Shown here piece by piece: positions 16,524 through 27,248 of a stretch of DNA of 64,000 nt. Position 1 is the stretch's first letter. Each line of letters starts with the position of its first letter. The stretch is from Kiloniellales bacterium (GTDB lineage Bacteria; Pseudomonadota; Alphaproteobacteria; Kiloniellales; JAKSDN01), in contig JASJEC010000024.1 in assembly GCA_030064845.1 (NCBI GenBank), positions 1,102 to 65,101 on the forward strand, read 5' to 3'. Made by a program: the position numbers and the translations under genes. Under the pieces are notes generated by a model. The model had not been told where the DNA came from, did no database searches, and worked only from the letters and a program-made list of their open reading frames with translations.

Positions 16524-17783
16524 CTAGTAATCCGTAAGGCCGCGGCCCTTGGTCCGCGCCAAGTCGGACTCGGCCGGCACTGCCGTTTCCGTGAAATAGC
16601 CCGCCGCCTTCTTGGCCTCGATCTCAACACGGGCATCCACCGGGATCAGGTCCTCGGGGATCGGCACGCGCTCGACGATCTCGATGCCCTGGCGGGTCAG
16701 GGCGTCGTGCTTCATATCGCTCATGGAAACGAAGCGATCGATCCTGGTGACGCCGAGCCAGTGGAGCGCGTCGGGCATGAGTTCCTGAAACCGGACGTCC
16801 TGGACCCCGGCGACGCATTCCGTGCGCTCGAAGTACTGATCGGCCCGGTCGCCGCCCTCCTGGCGCTTGCGCGCGTTGTAGACCAGGAACTTGGTGACCT
16901 CGCCCAGAGCGCGTCCTTCTTTCCGGTTGTAGACGATCAGCCCCGCGCCGCCCTGCTGCGCGATTTCGACGCAGATCTCGATGCCGTGCACGAGATAGGG
17001 CCGGCAGGTGCAGATGTCGGACCCGAAGACGTCCGAGCCGTTGCACTCGTCGTGCACCCGACAGGCCAGCTTGCGGGCCGGATCGGAGATTGCGCCGGGG
17101 TCGCCGAAGCAATAAATCGTCAGCCCGCCGATCGGGGGCAGGAAGACCTGAAGATCGGAGCGGGTCACCAACTCCGGGAACATGCCGCCGGTATGCTCGA
17201 ACAGGCTGCGCCGAAGGTCTTTCTCGCTGACGCCGCAGCGGCGCGCGATCCCCGGCAGATACCACACCGGTTCAATGGCGGCCTTAATGCAGTTTATCTC
17301 GCCGCTCTCGAGCAGCACCCGCCCGTCGGGCTTGAGCCGTTCGCTACGCAGGAGCTCCTTCATCTCGGGAACCGTCAGGCGGGCCCGCGTGACGGCGATG
17401 GTCGGGCGGATGTCCTGACCCTGATCGATCAGATCCTTGAACACCTCGCCGGCGAGATGGCCGAAGGGGTCGAGTGAGACAATCTTGTCGGCGTCGGACC
17501 ACTGCGGGTGGGGGCCGATGGTCTCGGTGGGCGCGGTGTTGGTCAGATCCGCCTTGTGCAGGGGATCGAGGCTCCCGGCGGCGATCGCCAGCGCCCGATA
17601 AAGCGCGTAGGAGCCCGCGTGGGCGCCGATCACGTTGCGCTGCCCCGGATTGGTCAGGGAACCGATCACCGGCCCGCGGGCCTTGGGATCGGCGGAGGCC
17701 CAGGTGATCGGCACCGGCTTCTGGCCACCGCCCGGGTGGGAGGTGAGAACGATGTGCTTACTTGGGCGTTTCGATCCGGTCAT
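16524..17783 (-). CDS. GTP cyclohydrolase II-family protein (URC1 homologue)
   Basis: ORF trimmed to ATG 17783 (GAGG 8 nt upstream). RibA-like zinc/catalytic block CRVHDECNGSDVFGSDICTCRPYL, then GLIVYNRKEGRALG, plus an N-terminal extension typical of URC1. Confidence 0.8.
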   Translation of the reverse strand: MTGSKRPSKHIVLTSHPGGGQKPVPITWASADPKARGPVIGSLTNPGQRNVIGAHAGSYALYRALAIAAGSLDPLHKADLTNTAPTETIGPHPQWSDADKIVSLDPFGHLAGEVFKDLIDQGQDIRPTIAVTRARLTVPEMKELLRSERLKPDGRVLLESGEINCIKAAIEPVWYLPGIARRCGVSEKDLRRSLFEHTGGMFPELVTRSDLQVFLPPIGGLTIYCFGDPGAISDPARKLACRVHDECNGSDVFGSDICTCRPYLVHGIEICVEIAQQGGAGLIVYNRKEGRALGEVTKFLVYNARKRQEGGDRADQYFERTECVAGVQDVRFQELMPDALHWLGVTRIDRFVSMSDMKHDALTRQGIEIVERVPIPEDLIPVDARVEIEAKKAAGYFTETAVPAESDLARTKGRGLTDY

Positions 17784-17947
17784 CTCAAGCCTCACGGGGC
17801 TCCAGCCGAATGGCGATGCCACGCGCAGTAGTAGCGCGCCTTTGTTACTGAATTCCGAGCGTTTGCCAACTTCCTTACCGAAGACGCTGATTCTTCCCAC
17901 AAAGCCGCCCGCTCGACAATGCGGAGCCGGCGCCGCCGCGCCGACCG

Positions 17948-17976
17948 GCGACAGGCCGCTCGCCCGGCCCTATAAT
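17948..17976 (+). promoter_or_regulatory. candidate promoter of the uracil permease gene
   Basis: GCGACA (17948-17953), 17-nt spacer, perfect TATAAT (17971-17976), 60 nt upstream of ATG 18037. Pattern only. Confidence 0.25.
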
Positions 17977-18036
17977 CTCTGGCGGGGCTCCGGGGCGAAG
18001 CGGCTGCGAACCGACAAGAATTGGGGTCAAAGACCA

Positions 18037-19356
18037 ATGACGATCGAGACGACGACCAGCGCAGGCCGGGACGGCCTTGCGACCCACGAACGCCCCGCGC
18101 CCCACGTCTGGCTGGTGCTTTCCCTGCAGCACCTCTTCGCCATGTTCGGGGCTACCATCCTGGTGCCGATCCTGACCGGGCTCAGTCCCGCGGTGGCCCT
18201 GGTCAGCAGCGGGCTCGGCACCCTGCTCTACATGGCGGTCACGGGTTTCCGGATCCCGGTCTACCTCGGGTCCTCCTTCGCCTTCATCGCGCCGATTGTC
18301 GCGGGGGCCCAGATGGCGGGCGTCGCCGGCGCCATGTTCGGCGCGTTCTGCGCGGGCTTGGTCTATCTCGTGGTCGCCGTCCTGATCCAGCTGTTCGGCG
18401 TGCGCTGGCTGTTGCGCCTGCTGCCGCCGATCGTCGTCGGGCCGGTCATCATGGTGATCGGCCTCGGGCTGGCGAGCGTCGCCATCGGCATGGCCACCAA
18501 CACCGCGGGCGGTGGAGCTTACAGCCTGGGACACTTCGTCCTGGCGCTCTTCACGCTCGCCTGCGTCCTGGCCTTCTCCATTGTGCTGAGGGGCTTTTTC
18601 ACCGTCGTGCCGATCCTCCTCGGCATCATCTGCGGCTACCTGGTCGGCCTGGTCTTCGGCTTCGTCGACTTCGGACCGGTCGCCGCCGCCCCGTTCTTCG
18701 CGGTGCCCGACTTCGTGGCCCTGTTCTCCGGCCTGACCGCCGCGACCGGTGGGATTCCCTGGGAAGTCCTTCCCCTTCTGGTGCCGGTCGCGATCGTGAC
18801 GATCGCCGAGCACATCGGCGATCAGGTGGTGGTGAGCCGCGTTGTCGGGCGCAACTTCCTGGTCAAGCCGGGCCTCCAGCGGTCGCTGCTCGGCGACGGC
18901 CTAGCGACCATGCTGGCCTCCCTGCTCGGCGGACCGCCCAACACGACCTACGGCGAGAACATCGGCGTACTGGCGATCACCCGCATCTTCAGCGTCTGGG
19001 TGGTCGCGGGCGCGGCGGTCCTGGCGATGCTGCTGGGCTTCGTCGGCTCGGTCGCCGCCTTCATCGGATCGATCCCGATGGCCGTGATGGGCGGCGTCGC
19101 CATTGCGCTGTTCGGTGTGATCGCGGCATCTGGTCTGCGGACCATGATCGAGGGCAAGGTCGATTTCGGCGAGAAGCGCAACCTCTTGATCGCTTCGGTC
19201 ATCCTGGTGATCGGGATCGGCGGCGCGACCCTCAAGCTGGGCGACTTCGCCGAGGTCTCCAGCATGGCCCTGGCGGCCATCATAGGTATCGTCCTGCACG
19301 CCGTCCTGCCCGGCAAGGAAACCGCCGGCGACACCGGCGCCATTCTCGGCGACTAG
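18037..19356 (+). CDS. NCS2-family uracil/xanthine permease
   Basis: ORF trimmed to ATG 18037 (MTIETTTSAG...WLVLSLQHLFAMFGATILVPILTGL). 439 aa, multi-TM, with the TTYGENIGVLAITR motif of UraA/PyrP-type permeases. Confidence 0.9.
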   Translation: MTIETTTSAGRDGLATHERPAPHVWLVLSLQHLFAMFGATILVPILTGLSPAVALVSSGLGTLLYMAVTGFRIPVYLGSSFAFIAPIVAGAQMAGVAGAMFGAFCAGLVYLVVAVLIQLFGVRWLLRLLPPIVVGPVIMVIGLGLASVAIGMATNTAGGGAYSLGHFVLALFTLACVLAFSIVLRGFFTVVPILLGIICGYLVGLVFGFVDFGPVAAAPFFAVPDFVALFSGLTAATGGIPWEVLPLLVPVAIVTIAEHIGDQVVVSRVVGRNFLVKPGLQRSLLGDGLATMLASLLGGPPNTTYGENIGVLAITRIFSVWVVAGAAVLAMLLGFVGSVAAFIGSIPMAVMGGVAIALFGVIAASGLRTMIEGKVDFGEKRNLLIASVILVIGIGGATLKLGDFAEVSSMALAAIIGIVLHAVLPGKETAGDTGAILGD

Positions 19357-19380
19357 TCGCAAGAGGGCTTGGCCGGTTTC

Positions 19381-20394
19381 CTAGTTCGACCGGTATTCCT
19401 CCGGCAACAGCAAGACGTTGTCCTGCTCCGGCGTGACCGACTGGTGGCAACCGATGCAGAACTGAACCTTCTGCGCGCCTTTGCCCTTGGTCGTCCCGAA
19501 GACCGAGCCGTTCGGCATGACCATGGTGTAGCGCCAGTCGTCGCTCTCGGCATTGAAGCCGGCGCGCATCTTCTCCATGACGAACAAGGGGCCGATGGCG
19601 ACCTGGCCGTTGCCCTTTACCTGGAAGCTGTCCTTGGCGAGAACGGCGCCGGGCCGGAAGGTGCCCGCGTTCTCGAAGAGCCCATAGTTGCGCGCCTGGT
19701 CGTTCGCGAAGTTCTGGACGTAGCGGCTGCCGTGTGTCGCCGATACGTAGGGCTGCGTGCTGTAGCGCCGGAAAGAGGCGTAGCTGACGGCGTTGCGGTC
19801 GTTCGACTTTGCGTAGGCGGCCCGCATGTCCCCGATCAGGCAGTCGTAGGCGGCCACGGCTTCGGCCGTGGTGAGTTCCGCCGGTTCGCCCGCCGCGCAG
19901 GGATTGCACGGGCTGCATGGACTGCCCGCCGCACAGGGGCTGCAGGGGTTGGCCGTTGCGCAAGGATTGCACGGATTGCAGGCCGCTGCCGCGCAGGGGT
20001 TGGCCGCCGCGCAGGGATTGCACGGATTGCAGGCTGCTGCCGCGCAGGGATTGCAGGGGTTGGACAGGGCCGCCGTGCGAAGCCGTGGAACGGCGCACTT
20101 CAGGCTGGCCTGCCCGCCTCCGGCGGCACAAGGATTGCAGGGGTTGCAGGCGGCGGCGCAGGGGTTGCAGGGATTGCCGGCAGCACAGGGGTTGCACGGG
20201 TTTGCCGCCGCGCAGGGGTTGCAGGCCGCGGCGGCGCTGGGATTGCTCTTCTTCACGGCGCAGGGGTTGCAGGCCGCCCGTGCGGGTGGCGCGGCCACCT
20301 CCGGGGCGACCGCCATGCCCGCGACGGCGACACCGGCCATCATGACGAAGGGCACCACCGTGGACGAAAGCAGTTTGCTCTTCCTCGACTGCAT
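19381..20394 (-). CDS. secreted cytochrome P460-family haem protein with N-terminal (N/S)PC cysteine-repeat region
   Basis: ATG 20394 with GGAGAAG 7 nt upstream. Signal peptide [30 protein letters not shown]. Residues 42-166 are CNPCNPCAA-type repeats. C-terminal domain has [11 protein letters not shown]...[12 protein letters not shown]...FCIGCHQS (CXXCH). Confidence 0.8.
   Translation of the reverse strand: MQSRKSKLLSSTVVPFVMMAGVAVAGMAVAPEVAAPPARAACNPCAVKKSNPSAAAACNPCAAANPCNPCAAGNPCNPCAAACNPCNPCAAGGGQASLKCAVPRLRTAALSNPCNPCAAAACNPCNPCAAANPCAAAACNPCNPCATANPCSPCAAGSPCSPCNPCAAGEPAELTTAEAVAAYDCLIGDMRAAYAKSNDRNAVSYASFRRYSTQPYVSATHGSRYVQNFANDQARNYGLFENAGTFRPGAVLAKDSFQVKGNGQVAIGPLFVMEKMRAGFNAESDDWRYTMVMPNGSVFGTTKGKGAQKVQFCIGCHQSVTPEQDNVLLLPEEYRSN
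19891..20271 (-). repeat. in-frame degenerate tandem repeat (9-nt NPC sub-period within 24-27-nt units) encoding the Cys-rich array
   Basis: DNA reads ...gcagggattgcacggattgcaggc... repeatedly. By my count it encodes 17 NPC, 3 SPC and 26 Cys. Confidence 0.85.
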
Positions 20395-20615
20395 CTCAAC
20401 TTCTCCTGTCGCAGCTCCCCCCAATCGGGCAGCCGAAGTATGGCAGCCGCCGGCCGCACGTCGGGATCACTTGCGATCACAAGCGTTTGAAAGGGTTCGA
20501 GGAGGCCAGCGGTGTCCCTGGAACGCGCGGAGGTGAGCGTTCGACGAATCCTCCCGGATTCAGCGCCGCTTCGGTTCGAAAAAGCTTGATTTCAGCCGGA
20601 AAACCGATATCTACG

Positions 20616-20640
20616 AAACCATACCAATTCGGTATGATTT
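20616..20640. promoter_or_regulatory. 25-bp palindrome, candidate Rrf2 (suf regulator) operator
   Basis: AAACCATACC-AATTC-GGTATGATTT (10-bp arms, 1 mismatch), ending 11 nt before the ATG of the Rrf2 gene. Confidence 0.4.
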
Positions 20641-20651
20641 AAGGAACGCCA

Positions 20652-21113
20652 ATGCTTCGTCTCAATCGCTTGACCGACTATGCGGTGGTGGTGATGGCAC
20701 AGATGGCTCGGCCCGGCAACCGGGTTCGGACCGCTCAGCAGATCGCCCAAGAAACCGGGGTGCCTCTGCCCACTGTCTCGAAGCTGATGAACGCTCTGGC
20801 GCGGGATTCCCTGGTTGCCTCCCAGCGCGGCGCCGCGGGCGGCTACACCCTCTCCCGCCCGGCCGACGAGATCACCGTGGCGCAGATCATTCAGGCCCTG
20901 GAAGGCCCGATCGCGCTGACCGCTTGCGTGGACGGGAGCAACGGCCACTGCGACGTCGCGTCGCTCTGCCCGATGCGCGGCAATTGGGACAAGGTCAACA
21001 AGGCGATCCAAAACGCTCTGTCACAGGTAACACTGGAGGACATGTCGACACCCGGCATGGTGTTCGACGAGGTCGAGAAGGGCGCGCCCTGCGGCGTGAC
21101 CAACGCGCACTAG
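20652..21113 (+). CDS. Rrf2-family transcriptional regulator (SUF/IscR-type)
   Basis: [19 protein letters not shown]...; w[23 protein letters not shown]; Cys triad [19 protein letters not shown]. First gene of the suf operon. Confidence 0.9.
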   Translation: MLRLNRLTDYAVVVMAQMARPGNRVRTAQQIAQETGVPLPTVSKLMNALARDSLVASQRGAAGGYTLSRPADEITVAQIIQALEGPIALTACVDGSNGHCDVASLCPMRGNWDKVNKAIQNALSQVTLEDMSTPGMVFDEVEKGAPCGVTNAH

Positions 21114-21154
21114 ACGCTGCGCTTCAGGCAAATACGCAAGGAGTAGAGGACGGC

Positions 21155-22606
<1,452 letters not shown>

Positions 22607-22643
22607 GGCCGACCGAGACGAACTGAGAAGGACGAAAAGTTCT

Positions 22644-23402
22644 ATGCTTGAGATCAAGAATTTGCAGGTCACCGTCGAGGGCAAGGAAATCCTGAAGGGC
22701 ATCGACCTGAAGATCGCGCCCGGCGAAGTCCACGCCATCATGGGCCCGAACGGCTCGGGCAAGTCGACGCTCTCCTACGTGCTGGCAGGACGGGAAGGCT
22801 ACGAGGTGACCGGCGGCGAGGTGCTCTACAAGGGCAAGGACCTGCTCGGCCTCGATCCGGAGGAGCGGGCGGCCGAAGGCGTGTTCCTCGCCTTTCAGTA
22901 TCCGGTGGAGATCCCGGGCGTCGCCAACACGACCTTCCTCAAGGAAGCGGTCAACGCGGTGCGCCGCCACCGCGGCGAGAGCGAACTCGACGCCATGCAG
23001 TTCCTCAAGGTCATGCGCGCCAAGGTCAAGGAGCTCGGCATCGCCGACGACATGCTGAAGCGGGCGGTCAACGTCGGCTTCTCCGGCGGCGAGAAGAAGC
23101 GCAACGAAATGCTCCAGATGGCCATGCTCGAGCCGAGCCTGGCCGTCCTCGACGAGACCGACAGCGGCCTCGACATCGACGCCCTGAAAACCGTTTCGGA
23201 CGGCGTGAACGCGCTGCGCGGCCCTGAGCGTGCCATGCTGGTGATCACCCACTACAACCGGCTGCTGGAGTACATCGTGCCCGACCATGTGCACGTTCTG
23301 GCCGGCGGCCGGATTCAACGCTCCGGCGGAAAGGAGCTGGCGCGGGAGCTCGAACAGAAGGGCTACGCCGAGTTCGTGCCGAGCGACGAGGTGGCTGCAT
23401 GA
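22644..23402 (+). CDS. sufC: Fe-S cluster assembly ATPase SufC
   Basis: MLEIKNLQVTVEGKEILKGIDL...GPNGSGKSTL, FSGGEKKRNE, LAVLDETDSGLD. Confidence 0.95.
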   Translation: MLEIKNLQVTVEGKEILKGIDLKIAPGEVHAIMGPNGSGKSTLSYVLAGREGYEVTGGEVLYKGKDLLGLDPEERAAEGVFLAFQYPVEIPGVANTTFLKEAVNAVRRHRGESELDAMQFLKVMRAKVKELGIADDMLKRAVNVGFSGGEKKRNEMLQMAMLEPSLAVLDETDSGLDIDALKTVSDGVNALRGPERAMLVITHYNRLLEYIVPDHVHVLAGGRIQRSGGKELARELEQKGYAEFVPSDEVAA

Positions 23403-24709
23403 CCGCGCCTTCCGCCCTGCCCTACACCGAGCAGTACAGCGCGCTGAAGGGCGCGCTGCCGGGTGGAGATCTGCCCTGGTTGGCCGATCTGCGCGAGGCC
23501 GGAATAGGCGCCTTCCGTGCGACCGGTCTGCCGAACCCCAAGATGGAGGCCTGGAAGTACACCAACCTCCGGCCCCTGGAAAAGCTCGCCTTCACGCCGG
23601 CCGCGACCGACCGGCCCGGACCGGACCGGCTCCCATCGCTGCTGCCGGCCGGGGCGAGCAACCACCGCCTGGTCTTCGTCAACGGCCGCTTCCGACCCGA
23701 CCTCTCCATGGTGACCCGCCTGCCCCTGGGCGTGCGCCTTGGCAGCCTGGCCGACCACCTGCGCGACGGCGGCGGCTCGGTCGAGGAGTTTCTCGGCCAG
23801 CTGGGTTCCGAGGCGGATCAGCCGCTCTTAGACCTGAACACCGCCATGATGCAGGACGGCCTGGTCCTGAGGGTCGGGCGCGGCGTCGCCATCGACTCCC
23901 CGATCGAGGTAATCTACCTCTCGGACAGCGACCAAGGCGCCGTTTCCCACCACCCGCGGAACCTCATCGTGCTCGAGGAAGACAGCAAGGCCGTCTTGAT
24001 CGAGCACTTCGTCAGCGCGGGCAAGGCCCCCAGCCTCGCCAACATCGCGACGGAGATCTCGCTCGGTCGGGGCTCCCTGCTGCATCACTACAAGATGCAG
24101 GCCGAGGGCCCCGAGGCCTTTCATCTCTCGACCGTGAACGGCGTGGTCGGCCGGGATGCCCACTACGACGGCTTTGCCATGGCCCTGGGAGCGCGTCTCT
24201 CGCGCAACGAGGTGTCGCTGCGCCTAACCGGCGAGGGTGCGCGCTGCCACCTCAACGGCGCCTACATGATGCGCGGCACCCAGCACTGCGACAACACGAC
24301 GGTTATCGAGCACTGCGTTCCCCACACCTCCTGCCGCGAGGTGTTCAAGGGCGTGCTGGACGACGAAGCCCGCGCCGTCTTCCAGGGCCGCATTGTGGTG
24401 CATCCCGGCGCCCAGCAGACCGACGGTCACCAGCTCAGCAAGGCCATGCTGCTGTCCGACCGGGCCGAGATCGACGCCAAGCCGGAATTGGAGATCTACG
24501 CCGACGACGTCAAATGCTCCCACGGGGCCACGGCCGGCGATCTGGACCACGACGCGCTGTTCTACCTGCGGGCCCGCGGCCTGCCGGAGGCACGGGCGCG
24601 CGCGCTCTTGATCGAGGCCTTCTTGACCGAGGCGGTCGAGGCGATCGCCGCTGAGGACCTCTGCCCGGCCTTTTTGGCGAGCATCGCAGACTGGCTCAAG
24701 GCCGAGTGA
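23399..24709 (+). CDS. sufD: Fe-S cluster assembly protein SufD
   Basis: 436 aa with ATGA overlap onto sufC. C-terminal KCSHGATAGDLDHDALFYLRARGL is typical of SufD. Confidence 0.92.
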   Translation: MTAPSALPYTEQYSALKGALPGGDLPWLADLREAGIGAFRATGLPNPKMEAWKYTNLRPLEKLAFTPAATDRPGPDRLPSLLPAGASNHRLVFVNGRFRPDLSMVTRLPLGVRLGSLADHLRDGGGSVEEFLGQLGSEADQPLLDLNTAMMQDGLVLRVGRGVAIDSPIEVIYLSDSDQGAVSHHPRNLIVLEEDSKAVLIEHFVSAGKAPSLANIATEISLGRGSLLHHYKMQAEGPEAFHLSTVNGVVGRDAHYDGFAMALGARLSRNEVSLRLTGEGARCHLNGAYMMRGTQHCDNTTVIEHCVPHTSCREVFKGVLDDEARAVFQGRIVVHPGAQQTDGHQLSKAMLLSDRAEIDAKPELEIYADDVKCSHGATAGDLDHDALFYLRARGLPEARARALLIEAFLTEAVEAIAAEDLCPAFLASIADWLKAE

Positions 24710-24719
24710 GGAGGCCGGA

Positions 24720-25973
24720 ATGAACGAAGTCGTCTCATTGGCGAGAGAGCAAGCCGACGGCTACGACGTCGAGCGTATCAGGGCGGACTTCCCGATCCTG
24801 AGCCAGGAAGTCTACGGCAAGCCGCTGGTGTTCCTGGACAGCGGGGCCAGCGCGCAGAAGCCCACCGCGGTCATGGACGCGATGCAGGCGGTTATGACCG
24901 AGGGCTACGCGAACGTCCACCGCGGCGTCTACAACTTCAGCCAGAACCTCTCGGAGCGCTTCGAAGGCGTGCGCGGCACCGTCGCCCGCTTCATCAACGC
25001 CGCCTCGGACAACGAGATCGTGTTCACCCGTAACGCCACCGAGGCCTTCAATCTGCTGGCCCACAGCCTCGGCCAGAGCCTTTCGGCGGGCGACGAGGTC
25101 GTGATCTCCGAGATGGAGCACCACGCCAACATCGTGCCCTGGCAGCTGCTGCGCGACCGCAAGGGCATCGTCATCAAAGTCGCGCCGATCACCGACGACG
25201 GCGCGCTCAGGCTCGACGCCCTGGCCGAGCTGATCGGACCACGCACCAAGCTGGTGTCGATCGTCCACGTCTCCAACGTGCTCGGCACGGTAAATCCGAT
25301 CAAGAAGATCGCCGAGCTTGCCCACGCACAGGGCGCGCTCATGCTGGTCGACGGCACCCAGGCCGTGGTCCATTCCCACGTGGACGTCCAGGACCTCGAC
25401 GCCGACTTCTACGTCTTCACCGGCCACAAGCTCTACGGACCGAACGCGATCGGCGTGCTCTACGGCAAGATGGCGCTGCTCGAGGCCCTGCCGCCCTTCC
25501 TGGGCGGTGGCGACATGATCCGCTCGGTCACCTTCGAAAAGTCGACCTTCGCCCCGCCGCCCCACCGTTTCGAGGCCGGAACGCCGCCGATCGTCGAGGT
25601 GATCGGCCTAGGCGCGGCGATCGACTACGTCTCCGCGATCGGCATGGAGCGGATTGCGGCGCACGAGTCGAAACTGCTGCAGCGCGCAACCCAGAAGCTC
25701 TCGGCCATCGAAGGCCTGAGAATCTATGGCACCCAGCCCGGCAAGTGCGGCATTGTCTCCTTCACTCTGGACGGTGCACACGCCCACGACCTAGGCACCA
25801 TCGTCGACCGGGAGGGCGTGGCGGTTCGGGTAGGGCACCACTGCGCCATGCCGCTGATGCAACGCCTCGGCGTCGCGGCGACGGCGCGGGCGTCCTTCGG
25901 CCTTTACAACACGCTCGACGAGGTCGACGCTCTGGCCGGGTCCTTGGAAAAGGTGAAAGAGATCTTCGGCTGA
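24720..25973 (+). CDS. sufS: cysteine desulfurase SufS
   Basis: 417 aa: FLDSGASAQKP, the FTGHKLYGP lysine motif, and HHCAMPL near the catalytic Cys region. Confidence 0.93.
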   Translation: MNEVVSLAREQADGYDVERIRADFPILSQEVYGKPLVFLDSGASAQKPTAVMDAMQAVMTEGYANVHRGVYNFSQNLSERFEGVRGTVARFINAASDNEIVFTRNATEAFNLLAHSLGQSLSAGDEVVISEMEHHANIVPWQLLRDRKGIVIKVAPITDDGALRLDALAELIGPRTKLVSIVHVSNVLGTVNPIKKIAELAHAQGALMLVDGTQAVVHSHVDVQDLDADFYVFTGHKLYGPNAIGVLYGKMALLEALPPFLGGGDMIRSVTFEKSTFAPPPHRFEAGTPPIVEVIGLGAAIDYVSAIGMERIAAHESKLLQRATQKLSAIEGLRIYGTQPGKCGIVSFTLDGAHAHDLGTIVDREGVAVRVGHHCAMPLMQRLGVAATARASFGLYNTLDEVDALAGSLEKVKEIFG

Positions 25974-26440
25974 TGCTCGACGAACTGCGAGAACTCTACC
26001 AGGAGGTGATCCTGGATCACGGCCGCAATCCGCGGAACCTGGGCCACCCCGAGGGCGCCAACCGCCAGGCGCTGGGCAACAACCCGATCTGCGGCGACAC
26101 GCTTACGGTGTTCTTGACGGTTGACGACCAGGGCATCATCCAGGATGCCGCCTTCGTCGGCCACGGCTGCGCAATCTCGGTCGCATCCGCCTCCTTGATG
26201 ACCGAGATCCTCAAGGGCAAGACGACCGCCGAGGCCCAGGTGCTGTTCGACAGCGTGCACCGCATGTGCACCGAGGAAGACTTCGACCCCGGCTCGGCCG
26301 AGGCGGACGAAGAGGCGCTGGACCGCCTCGCCGTGCTCTCCGGCGTGCGCGAGTTTCCGGTCCGGGTCAAGTGCGCCACCCTCGCCTGGCACACGATGAA
26401 CGCCGCGGTGAAGGGCGAACAAGAGGTCACGACGGAATAG
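25973..26440 (+). CDS. sufU: SufU-type (NifU N-terminal-like) sulfur-transfer/scaffold protein
   Basis: Start ATG shares 1 nt with the sufS TGA. LYQEVILDHGRNPRN, NPICGD, GHGCAISVASASLM and FPVRVKCATLAW closely track Bacillus SufU as I remember it. Confidence 0.85.
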   Translation: MLDELRELYQEVILDHGRNPRNLGHPEGANRQALGNNPICGDTLTVFLTVDDQGIIQDAAFVGHGCAISVASASLMTEILKGKTTAEAQVLFDSVHRMCTEEDFDPGSAEADEEALDRLAVLSGVREFPVRVKCATLAWHTMNAAVKGEQEVTTE

Positions 26441-26442
26441 CC

Positions 26443-26841
26443 ATGATGGATCAACGCCCCTATCCCTACCCGCCGGGCTTCGATCAGCCCGACGAGTTCG
26501 AGGCGACCGCCGGCGAGCCGCTGCCGGAGGGCAGCACTGTCGCCAACGAGGTGGAGATCATCGAGGCGCTCCATACGGTTTACGATCCCGAGATCCCGGT
26601 GGACATCTACGAACTGGGGCTGATCTACGAGCTGGATATCGCGCCCTCGGGAGACGTGAAGGTTCTCATGTCGCTGACCGCGCCGGGCTGCCCGGTGGCC
26701 GGCGAGATGCCCGGCGAGGTGGCCGAAACGGTGGCCAAGGTTCAGGGGACGGGGCGTGTCACGGTGCGTCTCGTATGGGACCCGCCCTGGACCCCGGAGC
26801 GGATGAGCGAGGACGCCAGGCTCGCCCTGGGGATGATCTGA
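26443..26841 (+). CDS. sufT: SufT / DUF59 Fe-S assembly protein
   Basis: VYDPEIPVDIYELGLIY...LTAPGCPVAGEM...VWDPPWTPERMSE. Confidence 0.85.
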   Translation: MMDQRPYPYPPGFDQPDEFEATAGEPLPEGSTVANEVEIIEALHTVYDPEIPVDIYELGLIYELDIAPSGDVKVLMSLTAPGCPVAGEMPGEVAETVAKVQGTGRVTVRLVWDPPWTPERMSEDARLALGMI

Positions 26842-26894
26842 GCCTAGAGCGCGCTTATATTGGCCTTAAGGAACACGGAGCTAGAGTAACCGCC

Positions 26895-27230
26895 ATGGTC
26901 GCACCGATGATTACCCTGACCGATATCGCCGCCGAGCGCGCTCGGGCGCTGATGGAGAAGAGCGACACGCCCGTGATCGGGTTGCGCGTCGGGGTGAAGA
27001 GCCGTGGGTGCTCCGGGCTCAGCTACTTCGTCGAGTACGCCGAGGAGCAGAAGAAGTTCGAGGACGTGGTCGAGGACAAGGGGGTCAAGATCTTCATCGA
27101 TCCCACGGCCGTCATGTTCCTGATCGGCAGCGAGATGGACTACGTCGAGGAGCAGTTCCAGACCGGCTTCGTGTTCAAGAACCCCAACGAGAAGGGCCGC
27201 TGCGGCTGCGGCGAGAGCTTCCACATCTGA
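26895..27230 (+). CDS. A-type Fe-S carrier (SufA/IscA/ErpA, HesB family)
   Basis: GLRVGVKSRGCSGLSY...C-terminal GRCGCGESFHI. Start at ATG 26895 (alternative 26907). Confidence 0.9.
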   Translation: MVAPMITLTDIAAERARALMEKSDTPVIGLRVGVKSRGCSGLSYFVEYAEEQKKFEDVVEDKGVKIFIDPTAVMFLIGSEMDYVEEQFQTGFVFKNPNEKGRCGCGESFHI

Positions 27231-27248
27231 CGGCGGGCGCGACGCCAC

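Noticed and set aside
19891-20271. Repetitive DNA considered as a CRISPR array or a non-coding VNTR.
   Set aside because: The units are contiguous with no spacers, have a 9-nt sub-period, and are maintained in frame inside a CDS.
19369-20536. Plus-strand ORFs with striking [11 protein letters not shown] / GIAGVAG repeats.
   Set aside because: These are mirror translations of the minus-strand NPC repeat. They lack a start context, whereas the minus-strand frame has an RBS, a signal peptide and a recognisable haem domain.
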